From assembly GCF_964204645.1 (NCBI RefSeq), contig NC_134034.1:9312962-9376961 (forward strand): a DNA stretch of 64,000 bases. The letters run 5' to 3'. The translations under genes were made by a program, and so were the position numbers. Positions 39,301 through 51,764 of this stretch are shown here, piece after piece (position 1 is the stretch's first letter; every line of letters starts with the position of its first letter). A model generated the notes under the pieces. It was not told the origin of the DNA, searched no databases, and saw only the letters and a list, made by a program, of their open reading frames with translations. This stretch comes from Tubulanus polymorphus (taxonomy: Eukaryota; Animalia; Nemertea).

Positions 39301-42300
39301 GACTCTGAACCCTTTAGACTCCGTTTGAATTGACTAGTGCTCCGTTCAGATTTTACTCCAGGCCAACGGATCCGCATCCAATTTTGTCTCAATTGTTGAT
39401 CAAATGATTTTGAAATGAAATTTTACTCAGCTGACTGCTGGAGTTTAAGTGATTGAAAATGGATTAATTCTGAATCTAGAGTTAAATTGATCAGGGTCCC
39501 TACGACTCCTTGATTCTTAACAAACTCATTCTAAACAGAAAAACATTTAAAGGTGCTTGAAACTCCTTTAATTTGTGCAAAATGTCCAAAACTCCTTTAA
39601 AACTCCTTCAATGTTGAGAAATATACTATTAAAGATGTTTGTAGTTGTACAGAAGACTCCTACATCGGTTATGACCAGGATTTTTTGGTAAATTGGCGCT
39701 TAGAAATGGAATTTAGTTAATGTAAAGGATAAGAATTGCTGTTAAGTTTACTGAGATCATTAATATCGATTTAGGAGTAGTCTACAGTAATAGGGATAAA
39801 TGAAATTTGTAATTTTCTGCTTTAAAACTCCTTATATCCAGGAATGACTGATCTGTAGAGACCCTGTTAAAACTCCTTATATCCAGGAATGACTGATCTG
39901 TAGGGACCCTGTTAAAACTCCTTATATCAAGGAATGACCGATCTGTTGGGACCCTGTATATCCAGGAATGACCGATCTGTTGGGACCCTGTATATCCAGG
40001 AATGACCGATCTGTAGGGACCCTGTATATCCAGGAATGACTGATCTGTCGGGACCCAGTATATCCAGGAATGACTGATCTGTTGGGACCCTGTATATCCA
40101 GGAATGACTGATCCGTAGGAACCCTGTATATCTAGGAATGACCGATCTGTTGGGACCCTGTATATCCAGGAATGACTGATCTGTTGGGACCCTGAATATC
40201 CAGGAATTACTGATCTGTAGGAACCCTGTATATCCAGGAATGACCGATCTGTAGGGACCATGTATATCCAGGAATGACCGATCAGTTGGGACCCTGTATA
40301 TCCAGGAATGACTGATCCGTAGGGACCCTGTATATCCAGGAATGACCGATCTGTTGGGACCCTGTATATCCAGGAATGACCGATCTGTTAGGACCCTGTT
40401 AATTGAACTAAATTTGAAACAATTGAATATCGATAGAATAATATTGATGATGTTTATGATTTCAGACGCTACAACTGCTCAGATGATGTGTTACACAAGG
40501 TTTAATGGATTAGGTACATTCAGTGGACACTGCGGAGCTAACTACACTACTCATCTCTACAATAGATGCTACCCCGAGTAAGTACATGCTGTTAATTATT
40601 TTCAATTTTACGAAAAAGTTTTGGCTTAACCCATATTAGCACTCTGGAATTTCACTATGTAGTTTCTATTACTCCTCAGAAAATACACATTTATAACGAT
40701 ACAGAATCAGTTCATTTCCTGTTGATTTTCATTAATTACAAGTTTGTGTTATTTTGTAGTTAATAGTTTTTGTAGTTAAATAGGCTTTCATATGATATAA
40801 GATTTGATGAGGTGGGCCACCAAAATCTGACCTTCCCATCAGAATTTCAAAAAAATCTTCTAATTGAATTTTGTTGTTATTTATGTTTTTTAATTGTGAT
40901 GAAAAAAGATATCTTTGCTCTAGATATCTTTTTAGGCCAGCCGTAGGCTGAGCCTATTACTATACAAATGGAGCGAATTTAAATGACATGGTTTCCAGAG
41001 CAAAGGCTCTTTTACTGTGCCACTGAGCGTATATTCATACAGATCATTCATTAAAGTATTATCCATTCTCCAAACTCTACGTAGCTGAATTTTGAAAGAG
41101 GGCCTCGTTATAAAGATTTATATGAGCTTTTTCGCAAATATCTGATCGCAAAAATATTGGTTTTGAAAAGCCAATCAGAAAGCAAAGACTCCTCTATGAT
41201 TGGCTTAGCCGCAGAAATCAGCACGGTGTTCACGTGAACCCGCGGTATCGTCTACCGTTTTACTTCCGGGTTTTATTTTAAGATCTAAAATTGTATTCCA
41301 AGATCGATTTCTGTGAAAGCTTTAGTTGATTTGGTTTTTGGGAGGAATATTTTTGTTAGCACTACAAAGAATATCATTGACCATTGTACAAAGTCCGGGA
41401 AAAATAGCTTTTTCTTATATCGGATAGATGACCTTGATATGCTAATTAGCCATGTGCTTGAACTACAAATTCAATCAAATTTTATTCCGCAAAAAATTAT
41501 CAAATCTAATTCAATTTTACTTTATTGAAAAAATAAAAACATCAAATCCAATTCAATTTTGTTTTATTGAGCAAATTTTAAAAAATTCAATTCTATTCCG
41601 CATTAAAATCAATAAGACCTAGGGAAATAATTTATCCGAGGTATTTGTTGCTGCCAGATCCAGTCTCTGTCTGTGCTACTTTTATATTCTAAGATTGTAT
41701 TGTGTAAATTATTAGGTATTGACTCTGAGCTGGGAGTGTATTTTGACAAATTTAACCCACAGAATGCATCATCATTTGCCATTTTGTGGAAAGCTGACAG
41801 GCTGGCCATAGTGCCCCTTGGGGCTCTTGTTTCGAAAAAATTCTCTGTCGCATTAAAACTGTGATTAAATGCGCTCTTTGTTCATCTGAGTTTACTTCGG
41901 ATTTAAGCAAATGATATGTAAATAAAGAATTAGTTTGGTGAGGAAATATCTCGGTAACATAGATCACCGGTCAACTGTATGGAAAATACGAGTACTTTGA
42001 ATTTCAGTTTTTGCGCTGATTATAAATTAGGCCTAACTGATTAACTGATCAAAACTCTTCACATGTCAATTGTGGAGTTCCGGCTTAGACTTAAGACCAG
42101 TCCTAGATTTAAGTCCACCTTGGTTCTAGCGAATCTAACAACTAAAGACAAATTTGAGACCTACATAAGGATTGTTAGATCAAAGTCCATCTTTGTTCTA
42201 TAGCAAATCTGACGATTCAAGACCAATTTCAGACTTAGAAATCATAATTATCTTTATGGCCAGATGTGCAGTATTAGTAATGGCTTATATTTAAGACCGG

Positions 42301-45300
42301 TCTCAGACCAACTTTGTTCAATAGGGAATCTTACAACTAATGACCAGTTTCAAGATTTAAGACCACTTTTGGACTTACATTTCACAGTTCTAGAAATAAC
42401 TTAGATTTGGAATTGATTTTTTCTTGCAATAGTTTTAAACTATAGTCACATTCTGTAAAAGTAGTTCATAAACCAAGTACTATGAAGGTTGCACAGATCA
42501 GGACCGGATCTAAGATCTAGTTCTATGTACAGCTAATCTAACAACTTAAGACCAGTCTCACCTGGAAATCAAGGAAAAGTCAGAATTTTCTTTTCCTAAT
42601 ATTTTGTTGAGATTGCAAGATCGCCCGCAAAAAACAAATAAAGTTTAGTTTTCATCTATGTCTTACATATTTGACCGTGTTAATTGGTTGAATTCTTGGC
42701 AGATCAAGTCAAGGAAAATGTGCATATCTGGGAATAGTTAGGAAAAAGTCAAGGAAAAATCAAATAAAAGTGGTCACCCTGTAAGACCAGCTATAGTTAA
42801 TCAAACAACTTCAGATCAGTCTTATGAGTAAGATTCAACTGTGTAACCAGCCCCTGAGTTTTAAAAGTAATTTTATTTTACCTCTGACAACTGTAGAAGT
42901 GGTTCGAGTGTTGATGTTTGGTTTCGGAGTAGAACCACCTGGGTCAGTTCAGTTTGCAAATAAATAAAAGCCGACTGAATTCTAATCATGCCCGATACAA
43001 AGCATCAATTCTCATGCAGCCGTTGATCAATAGCTCTCCGAAAAAAAACCAGCTGTCTAGGTTTTGTCGTGACCTTTGACACTGGCTACTCCTGGACAAG
43101 ATCAGCTCTCAACTCACCCGGGGTCGAAAATATCTAGGTGAAGTCGTAATTCGTTAATTACTGGTTAATGAGTGCTTGTAATTAAACGCGGGTTTGATTA
43201 GAATTTCGCGAAATTTCCGAGCCGTCTGACGATGAGTTTGAATCGTAGTTTAGTGTTAAACTGTGTATTGTATCAACGTTAGTAAGCACGAGGTCGCACG
43301 AACTCTACACACCGCGCGAGTAGAGGTGCCTAGTACTTTACTTATATTCGCCGGTTGCCGGTATCTGGCACAATAGCTTCATTGCTTGCGTGGTTACCAG
43401 CCGTCCTTGTGCCAAGCACTGAAGGACATCTGTTTGGCACATGGATAGCTACACAATAGAATTTCTGTCAATTAATGTTTATGTCTTCGTCCTAATAAAT
43501 AAACCGCCTGCTGAAAGATATCTACGGTTTAAGTGAATGCTGTCAGAAAGATGTACTTTAACAGCCTAGTATTGTAAGAAGGGCGTTTTTTGTTCAGAAA
43601 TCTGAAAGAATCGGTTTTTCTATTATCGTTATGGAAGTTAATTTCCTGAATGAATTATAAATCTAATATGATGAATGGGAATTTTTCGAGATAAAGTATT
43701 CTAGGTGAATGTCGAAAAAATACACGCAATATGTTTTTTTTTTTCCAAGTTAGCTATAATATAGCATATGATTTTTAGCGTTAACCCCCTGGTCTGACCT
43801 TAATGTACTTTAAAGTCATTTTAATGGTGTTGATGATTATGAGCTCTATTTAGTGTTTGTAGAGCAGTTAAAAGATGGAAACCACTGGTTCCTCTAGCCT
43901 TAAGCATATATGTTCGAAATGTTTTTGGGCATTTTGGGATTTTGAAAAAGGTGAAATTTAAACCGCGGGGTCAGAGCTGATGTACTTTAAGAGATCTAAG
44001 TAGTTTTTATCAGGAGCGCTAGTAGGAGCGCTATCTAATGTTTATTTCAACTTGACTTGAGAGCTCATCTGGTGTCAGACCTAGCTCACTCATTTTTGGG
44101 AGTGTGTATCTGATAAAAGTCTGAATTTTTTTCTCGAATTATTCCAGGGATGTGCTATGCGGATTGTTGCATTGTGTAGGGGGTACTGTGAATCCTCACT
44201 TGCCAGTGTATGATGTCACCCACACGTTGTCAATGGTCAGCATCAAGGGAAATCAATTCCAATGCAAGTAAGTATTAGAACCAGTGTACTCAGTCAAATT
44301 CTTCTTGCTCATCAACATTTAGAACTTGAAGTCAGATGAGAGATTGATTGAGACTATTCGACAAATTTCAGAAAAAGGTTTTCAATATTTTTAATCCAAA
44401 ATCCAGGGGGTGAAAGAAACCTAACCTCAAACCTGCTGTAAATGTTGTGAGTGGAGCTCAGTGGATTGAGGTAAAAAAGAAACCACAAACCTGCTGATAA
44501 TACCCTGAGTGGAGCTCACCGGATTGAGGTGGAAAGATTCCTCAAACCTGCTGATAATACCCCGAGTGGAGCTCAGCGGATTGAGGGGGAAAGATTCCTC
44601 AAACCTGCTGACAATACCCCAAGTGGAGCTCAGCGGATTGAGGTGGAAAATACCTCAAACCTGCTGATAATACCCTGAGTGGAGCTCTGTGGATTGAGGT
44701 GGAAAACACCGCAAACCTGCTGATAATACCCTGAGTGGAGCTCAGCGGATTGAGGGGGAAAGATTCCTCAAATCTGCTGATATTACCGCTGAGTCAGTTG
44801 AGTTTAGTGATTATTTGAATTTCTTTATTTTGTAGAGTAATAAACAGTCCGAGCGTGCCGCAATTCCCACAAGATGGCGTTGTGATCGACGGCACGAAAT
44901 GTGGCTCGGAACACGTGTGCATTAAACACCGATGCGTGAACACGAAACAGATCATTCCTGGCACGTGTCCAACAGCTCTGCCTCGACAAATCTGCTCTGG
45001 ACACGGGGTAAGTTGTAACTCGCACGGGTCAGGGAGGGTCCTTATAGCAGCGATATCACGCAAACTCACAGGGGTCAGGGAGGGTCCTTATAGCAGCGAT
45101 ATCACGCGAACTCACACGGGTCAGGGAGGGTCCTTATAGCAGCGTTATCACGCGAACTCACAGGGGTCAGGGAGGGTCCTTATAGCAGCGTTATCACGCG
45201 AACTCACATGGGTCAGGGAGGGTCCCTATAGCAGCGATATCACGCGAACTCACAGGGGTCAGGGAGGGTCCTTATAGCAGCGATATCACGTGAACTCACA

Positions 45301-48300
45301 GGGGTCAGGGAGGGTCCCTATAGCAGCGATATCACGTGAACTCACAGGGGTCAGGGAGGGTCCCTATAGCAGCGATATCACGTGAACTCACAGGGGTCAG
45401 GGAGGGTCCTTATAGCAGCGATATCACGTGAACTCACAGGGGTCAGGGAGGGTCCCTATAGCAGCGATATCACGTGAACTCACAGGGGTCAGGGAGGGTC
45501 CCTATAGCAGCGATATCACGTGAACTCACAGGGGTCAGGGAGGGTCCCTATTGCAGCGATATCACGCGAACTCACATGGTTCAGGGAGGGTCCTTTTGGC
45601 AGCGATATCACGCGAACTCACAGGGGTCAGGGAGGGTCCTTATAGCAGCGTTATCACGCGAACTCACAGGGGTCAGGGAGGGTCCTTATAGCAGCGATAT
45701 CACGCGAACTCACAGGGGTCAGGGAGGGTCCTTATAGCAGCGATATCACGCGAACTCACAGGGGTCAGGGAGGGTCCTTATAGCAGCGATATCACGCGAA
45801 CTCACATGGGTCAGGGAGGGTCCTTATAGCAGCGATATCACGCGAACTCACACGGGTCAGGGAGGGTCCTTATAGCAGCGATATCACGCAAACTCACACG
45901 GGTCAGGGAGGGTCCTTATAGCAGCGATATCACGCGAACTCAGGGGTCAGGGAGGGTCCCTATAGCAGCGATATCACGCGAACTCACAGGGGTCAGGGAG
46001 GGTCCTTATAGCAGCGATATCATGCGAACTCACACGGGTCAGGGAGGGTCCTTATAGCAGCGATATCACGCGAACTCAGGGGTCAGGGAGGGTCCCTATA
46101 GCAGCGATATCACGCGAACTCACAAGGGTCAGGGAGGGCCCCTTCCCCTCCTCGCTCAAATCAGACCACATAATTATTTGGAGTTTGCTTATATAACGGT
46201 GAACCAAAACCCGAAATCAATCAATTCATATACTTTGAATTAACTACTTGTAAATAAAATAAAAATATCATCAAAGACCATAATTCATCCATTCAGTAAT
46301 CACGGTGGTGTTAATTGTTTGTCTAATGATCAATTAATTAGAGTCATTAGTGCAATCAACGCGATCTGTCATTCAGAGGAAATTAGTGCAGAGAGTAGAC
46401 AGTAGTTTTAGATATGGCCCTTAGTTAGTCGTGTATGGATATGTCTCTAGTTTAGGTGAGTCTCTCAAAACCGGAGTTAGTTTATTTTAACCCATTAGCA
46501 TTCTGTGTAGTGTCTATTACTCCTCAGGAAATCCACATTAATCACGATACAGAATCAGTTTACAGTAGTAGCATGATGATATCTGTTCATTTCTATTTGG
46601 AAAAATTGAAAAATCACCCGTGAAATACTTGGGAAAACCGGAAGAATTTTTAATTCATGAAACTGTGGGAACCATTTTGTAAACTACGATAAATTCAAGA
46701 GATAGAAATTAGTTCAGTTTCAAATATGACTCCAGAATAAAACCTGGAGTTTGATGACGAAACTTACTACAAACTTACAACAAATTAGATAAATTTCTCT
46801 TAATGTTTGCGATGTTTTTTGTTTGTTCAGGTTTGTTCCAGTAACCTCGAGTGCGTTTGTTTCCCTCGTTGGACTGGACGCGATTGCAACGTCATCAAAC
46901 CGACAACGATCGCCATGACGACTGTCTCTACGACTGTCGCTGATAATCAGCAGACAACCTCGTCGATGACAAACAGGTCGATGTTCGTTAACTCGACGAT
47001 TATTCGGCTACCGCCAGGGGGCGCTGTTGAAGGGAAGGATGATGTAACCGGTGTCTGGTTGGGTAAGGAAGAAGGTAGATGTTGTTTTTATCGTTTATTT
47101 TCACCCATCTCAAGGTTGAAGTATCTTTTCTAAGGCTCGTTTCGTGATATTTTAATTCAGGTTTTAAACCGGGTCCCTACGAGCCTGTTTCACAGAGATG
47201 TTGTTTTCTTGCTTTCGATGTATTTTATTTTCAATTCCTCCGTAAACCGTTAGATCAATAGGAAACCTCCTAAGCTACTATACAGGTTTGGCAACTGACC
47301 TGGAAAAAGGGTCATGCGATATTGTATGAATTCGGGAGCCTTAGAAAATTCAGGCCACCAGGTCCACCGCCCTAAATTCACCCCTCAACTTATATTCGAA
47401 TATTGTATTTATGTCGTTTATATTTTTTGCAGCATCAGATGGAATTAGCACTGATACATTGCTGATTATCCTGGCAGGTGTCGCCGGCAGTCTTGTTGTC
47501 GTGTTCGGGTTTTTCTTGCTGTGTTACAGGTACGTGTGTACGCGTGCTCCGCTCCGATTGGTCCATTCGTTGGAATTACTCGCATATCGACCAATCAGAG
47601 ACCATCGGTTAGAAAAATTCCACCGAAATGGAAACTGTGATTTTTTTTTCTAATATTTCAGACGCAGAAGCCCGAACGGCGGACTTTACGTGAATAACTG
47701 GTTGTTGGGCGGAAAGAAAAAGAAGGTCGATAAAAATGGCCGACCGACTAGCATCGGCAGCGAAGAGGCTCCGAATATTAATAGAATTATCAAATTTGGC
47801 AGCATGCCGTCTTACAGGTTCGTTAATTCATCTTAATCCGCACCAGGTTTAATTCGGATTCGTGTTGACTCAGATATTTCTCCAGTTAAACCTTAAACCT
47901 TTCTTGATTAGGGCTAGGGATGGGTGTTTTGTGTGGCCTCTTTTCATTCTTCGTTAAATTAACAATGTTTTTCTTCAATGAAATCGCGATCTTGGAATGA
48001 AGCATGTCGTACTTCTAGTCCGTATTAGTTGGCAGCACCTTGCTGTCTGAGAAGAGTTTACTGGAGCAAAGGTATACATCAGGAAAGGGTTAAATCCTGA
48101 TCAGTTTAACTCATGTTTATCTCAGTATTCAGAGATTATCACCAAAACCCACAGTTCAGATTTCAGAGTTTATTGCTTGACTGTGTCAAAGTTTTGAATG
48201 AACCTCATCATCAGAGAGATTGTAAAGATGTGAAAAAAATTACCATTTTTTATCAATCTGATCCATTATCGATATTTCAACTAGCGATATTTCGACAGCG

Positions 48301-50492
48301 ATATTTCAACTAGCGATATTTTAGTATCAAAATTTGATGTTTTCAGGGAAGAAAAAGAGCAAGAACGACAACAAAGAAGGAGAATGATAATGCAAGGAAT
48401 GATGGAGTACACCGATGACGAGGAAGGCACGACAATGCGACTAGTGTCGCCCGACGAGGATCCATACCCCTCGCCGGCGATATCCCTCGATAAGGTACCC
48501 GAGAAGGGTATCCTGAAAAACGGCAGCCAAAGTCCAAATCGCGTACGTCGCGCCGCAGCCGGCAGCGGAGTCCATACGGTCGCCGAGCTGGAAGGAGAAG
48601 AGAGTGACCATTCTCCGGAACGAAACGGTTCAGTGAGTGGTTCGCGTGAGGGTTTACTAGGAGCTGAGGGGGACGACGATTTGAAGAAGAGCGACTCGGA
48701 CGCCGGCAGCTTGTGTAGCGACTACGGCAGTATAGAGGGCGGTACTTTACCACGCGGAGTCTCCCCACTAGGTGGTGGCAGTAATCGCGGAGTCTCGCCG
48801 CTAGGGGGCAGCAGTAATCGCGGTGTCTCGCCACTAGAGGGCGTGCGTTCAGGAACTCCGACATCGGTCGGCAGTAACGCATCGAAGGGATCGCGCTCCG
48901 GTCGCTCAAACATACGCCACATCGGTGACTTAATTCGCCAGATCGAGGAACAAGTGGCGAACAAACCACCACCGACCGGTGCTGCCACCACGACGACATG
49001 CGACGATACAGCCGTGCAGACGGACTCGCCGGAGGGAAGCAATGGTCGAGGGTCGGGTGATTACAGCTCGTCGGGTAGTTCCGAGTCGTATCCGAGCGGT
49101 GGTGACCAGCATTCTCCCGATTACGGAGTAGCACCGTTGGCACGAGACGAGGTTTACTCGCCCGTAAATGAACTCGCCCCCGTCGAGGACGGGACGCAAT
49201 TCAGCCCCGACGATAACAACGCCGCTGAATCTGCGTTCATCTGTGAGAATTGCCCGAGTGCTGTTTACCCTTGCGAACACGAAACTTTTGACGCGGCGGG
49301 GCCGTATTCGAAAGCGCTGCGCAGTCCAAGTTTCCTGAAGCGTACGCCGAGTCGCAGTCCGGACAGTCCGGCGTCGACTTGTAGCGATAACACGAAATGG
49401 CACTACTCGCCGATCGGGAGTCCGCGTCTACAGCGTAAGATCGTGGCGCGGCAATCGCCGTCGACGAGTCCGCGGTTACAGCGACGTTACGAGGCGCCAG
49501 ACGAGACGGAACGGTTCACTCAGCCACCACTGCCGTATAAACAGCAGACCGGTCTGAATCAGAACACTCAGATCGATCCACTCGCGCGCAGTCCGAGTAC
49601 GCCACCTGAATCACACGCTGGATCGCCACCCGAGGATCAGTTACCCAGCAACCAACCGCAGCAGACGATGCGTAAATATATCGATTGTATACAGAATGAG
49701 TCGTCTGCCGTATTAACAGATCCATCTGCTGGAATAGAAAATCCGTCTGCCGGATTCAAAGCGAACATTGTCCATAAATCACCGTGGAAAAAACAGATAT
49801 CATCCCCGAGCTCAAAACCGATGAACTGCACGACCGATGCCTCATCATCGTCCTCCTCATCACCGGCGCGGAAATTCTTCCCATCGTTGAAATCGAATTT
49901 CTTCAATCGTTCGAAGAGTGCGTCGCCCGAAACGAAGCGTCGACGAGCCGTCGCCGGAGACGACAAACCGACGAACGTACCGGTACGCGCTGGTTCCGAG
50001 TCGCCGCGTGTCGTTCACGCTTCGGTGCCGTCGATGATGTCGACCGTTGCGGCGCCACCTAGCGGACCATCATTACAACCGCCGGCTAGTCGACCAAAAT
50101 CATTCAATCAGCCACCGGCGTTGAAGCCGACGCCGAAACCGCGACCCGGAAAACCGGAAATCCCCGCCGAGAATTTGATGACGAAAGTATCGAATCTACC
50201 GCCGGAAAACTTGGACGATCCGCGGCGTCGTAAATCACCGTCACAGGAGTTTTACAAACGCTTCTCGCCGATATTTCCGCCGGATATGCTGTTAGAGGAC
50301 TCGTTCAAGGTCGACCTCGTCGAACCGACGACCACCAACCTCAACGACCTCTCACCGACGATGCGTTACCATGACAACGCCGACTCACCCGATCACAATA
50401 ACCCGTACAGTCCGGATGAGTCACCGAACGATGCAGCGCCATCTACCGGCGATAATCGGCGGATAGCGGATGATTTGGTCTTACGGTTATGA
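27357..50492 (+). CDS. unc-71: Non-catalytic ADAM of the UNC-71/mind-meld type, ~1573 aa, 20 exons: 27357-27444, 32339-32508, 32670-32743, 33327-33476, 33881-33944, 34035-34089, 34508-34596, 35489-35551, 35648-35722, 36051-36217, 37355-37521, 37921-38249, 39086-39281, 40466-40577, 44148-44267, 44836-45007, 46831-47062 (alternative donor 47074), 47433-47529, 47662-47817, 48347-50492
   Basis: All junctions are GT-AG and phase-consistent. Domains in order: signal peptide; prodomain (YEIVYP, HCYYQG, VSTCDG, HPHVLY); furin site RNKR; M12B domain with degenerate zinc motif HSIAHNLGVKHD; disintegrin (CGNG..E.GEQCDC, ECDIAEYC); Cys-rich (CGLLHC, DGTKC); EGF (CSGHGVC); TM; cytoplasmic FGSMPSYREEK and PEKGILK, as recalled from UNC-71/mmd. 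Exon 1 is the least certain. Confidence 0.88.
27736..28191 (+). mobile_element. MITE copy A, long TIRs (GGTCATCCTTATTACCGAGATGA...), 8-bp TSD AATGAAAC
   Basis: TSD at 27728-27735 and 28192-28199; terminal inverted repeats extend >100 bp with gaps. Confidence 0.9.
28356..28802 (-). mobile_element. MITE copy B (same family as A, opposite orientation), 8-bp TSD CTGATCAC
   Basis: TSD at 28348-28355 and 28803-28810; the interior is the reverse complement of copy A. Confidence 0.9.
28808..29174. mobile_element. MITE with ~105-bp TIRs (CACAGGGGTTTGGCGA...TCGCCAAACCCCTGTG), 8-bp TSD GTTCTGAT; termini resemble the P superfamily
   Basis: Right TSD at 29175-29182. The left TSD (28345-28352) becomes adjacent once MITE B is removed. 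Confidence 0.8.
29246..29316 (-). mobile_element. tRNA-derived SINE head
   Basis: Minus strand has A-box-like GGTGATCTAGTGG and B-box GGTTCGTATCC at tRNA-like spacing; the stems do not form a valid tRNA. Confidence 0.45.
29766..30471. repeat. Two inverted arrays of a 35-bp unit (29766-29892, ~3.6 copies; 30167-30471, ~8.7 copies) around a ~275-bp core
   Basis: Unit TCAAACCGATACTCGRGAGAAGACYGGTAAACTAG on the left and its reverse complement on the right. Confidence 0.85.
30850..31801. repeat. 39-bp satellite, ~24 copies, with a duplicated 10-monomer block
   Basis: Unit CCAGTTCCACAGTTGTGTGGGTTTAATTTGACTCTGAAC; variant monomers recur at 390-bp spacing. Confidence 0.95.
35758..35935. repeat. ~48-bp degenerate tandem repeat (GAGTTAACTCTAACTCACGACTGTGGAACTGGATCCTGAGTTCA)
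   Basis: About 4 units; shares the CTGTGGAACTGGATCC end with the reverse complement of the 39-bp satellite. Confidence 0.7.
38305..38750. repeat. 34-35-bp minisatellite (CGTATTGGGTGCAGAAATACTGCTCCCCATCCGT), ~13 copies, ADAM intron 12
   Basis: Direct observation; accounts for five spurious overlapping ORFs. Confidence 0.92.
39492..40398. mobile_element. CAGGG-terminated MITE whose right end is amplified as a 34-bp tandem array (~39830-40398)
   Basis: Left TIR CAGGGTCCCTAC; array unit TATATCCAGGAATGACCGATCTGTAGGGACCCTG ends in the reverse-complement TIR; flanks TTGAT / TTAAT; homologous to 55346-55606. Confidence 0.8.
40929..41832 (+). mobile_element. Helentron-associated non-autonomous element (HINE/DINE-like)
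   Basis: 5' T-run plus subTIR GGCCAGCC; 3' GGCTGGCC followed by hairpin GCCCC-TT-GGGGC and TGTTT. Confidence 0.65.
44425..44792. repeat. ~56-57-bp minisatellite (AAACCTGCTGATAATACCCTGAGTGGAGCTCAGCGGATTGAGG...), ~6.5 copies
   Basis: Direct observation, ADAM intron 15. Confidence 0.88.
45017..46142. repeat. 46-bp G-rich minisatellite (AACTCACAGGGGTCAGGGAGGGTCCTTATAGCAGCGATATCACGCG), ~24 copies
   Basis: Direct observation; begins ~10 nt after the exon 16 donor. Confidence 0.95.
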
Positions 50493-51764
50493 TCGCAGCG
50501 CCCCCTCGCGGGGAGAGCTCGGTCGCGTAGCGAATATTTTGTATATTAGATATTCATTTATTTATTTATTCTTAATCTACGGCACAAATCATGTCAATTT
50601 TCCCCCACAATCTGAAGGTTTATCGGAAATATCTCCGAATTGAAATATGCTGGAATCTTTATTCGTCGTAAAAATGTGGCCTTCATAGTAAGAAAATTCT
50701 TGGCGAATAGTTAGGAATGGTTGCCGTACAGTTAGATGATAACTGATGAGGCTTTGTCAAATTTTTACCTAATGCTGAATATGATTCGCGGCCAGATATG
50801 CAAAAAAATTAAGTGTTTAGAATTCACTGTGGATGAGTTCAATAAATGTAGAAAGTCTCACAAGTGGCGATCTGTATCCATGGACCAGTTGCATAGTCAT
50901 GACAGTCCGACAGGTGTCATAAATCTAAGGACTGGTCTTGAGTTGTTAGATTAATTTTTTAAAACTGAATTGGTCTTAGAGCGATCTTAAGTCTTAAGCC
51001 ATGACAATGGGACTAATCGAGACTTAAGTCCATAAGTGGTCTTTAATCTTCAGTAGGGTTGCTAGATTAGCTCTAAAACTGAATAAGCCAGTCTTAACTG
51101 TAAGCGATGACTTTGCAACTGGCCACTGAGTTCTAGGTTTTAACTATCAACGAGGCCTTCCACCTTCGGTCTTCCAGATAATAGAATATGACTGTTTATG
51201 TGTTGTGCTGCCATTTTATACGTCTGGAAAATGCGAGAATTTTACCATTGATGCAATCAATTATTCATCGTCGAATAGATAAAATACAACTGTTGTAAGA
51301 ATCTATATTCAGGTGTCTTAACTTGAAAAGAATGTTTTTCTGTCGCAGAAGAATTTTGCCTTTTTAAGCATAAATGAAAATGTTATATATACAGATATAT
51401 TGTTAAGGTACGCTTGGCTTTTTTCGCAATATTTTGGTGCTAATTCATCGTTGGAAAACTGAATATGATGATCGCTTTCGAAGATGATCATTGTATACGA
51501 TATGATCGTGTGAATGTATTTATACTTTAGACTAGTGCATTTTGACGTTACGGAATTTGGGTTTGAAAAATTTGTCAAAAATTTCTTTTTTCTATCGGGA
51601 ACATATTTTGGGAAAATTCTCTTTCACTACCCTGTATGATTTTAGTATTTACACAGGAAACTAATCTCCAGTTTTCTATATACTCTGGGTTTTAATACAA
51701 TAGTTAGTATAATATCTATTTATATATACGATTGAGTTCTATCCAAAATAGAAACCGCTTTTTG

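Noticed and set aside
38087-40261. Overlapping ORFs at 38087-38858 and 39782-40261
   Set aside because: Translations of intronic minisatellites.
29766-46142. CRISPR-like appearance of the 34-46-bp arrays
   Set aside because: Units are head-to-tail with no unique spacers, there are no cas genes, and the context is eukaryotic introns.
48343-50492. Stand-alone 702-aa gene and antisense ORFs
   Set aside because: The 702-aa ORF is the last ADAM exon (acceptor at 48346, in frame). The antisense ORFs are shadows of GC-rich coding sequence.
13000-50760. Hammerhead ribozyme cores (CTGATGA/CTGAAGA at ~13041, 15646, 27042, 50743; GACGTTTCG at ~30628)
   Set aside because: None has a stem II closed by GAAA with compatible flanking helices.
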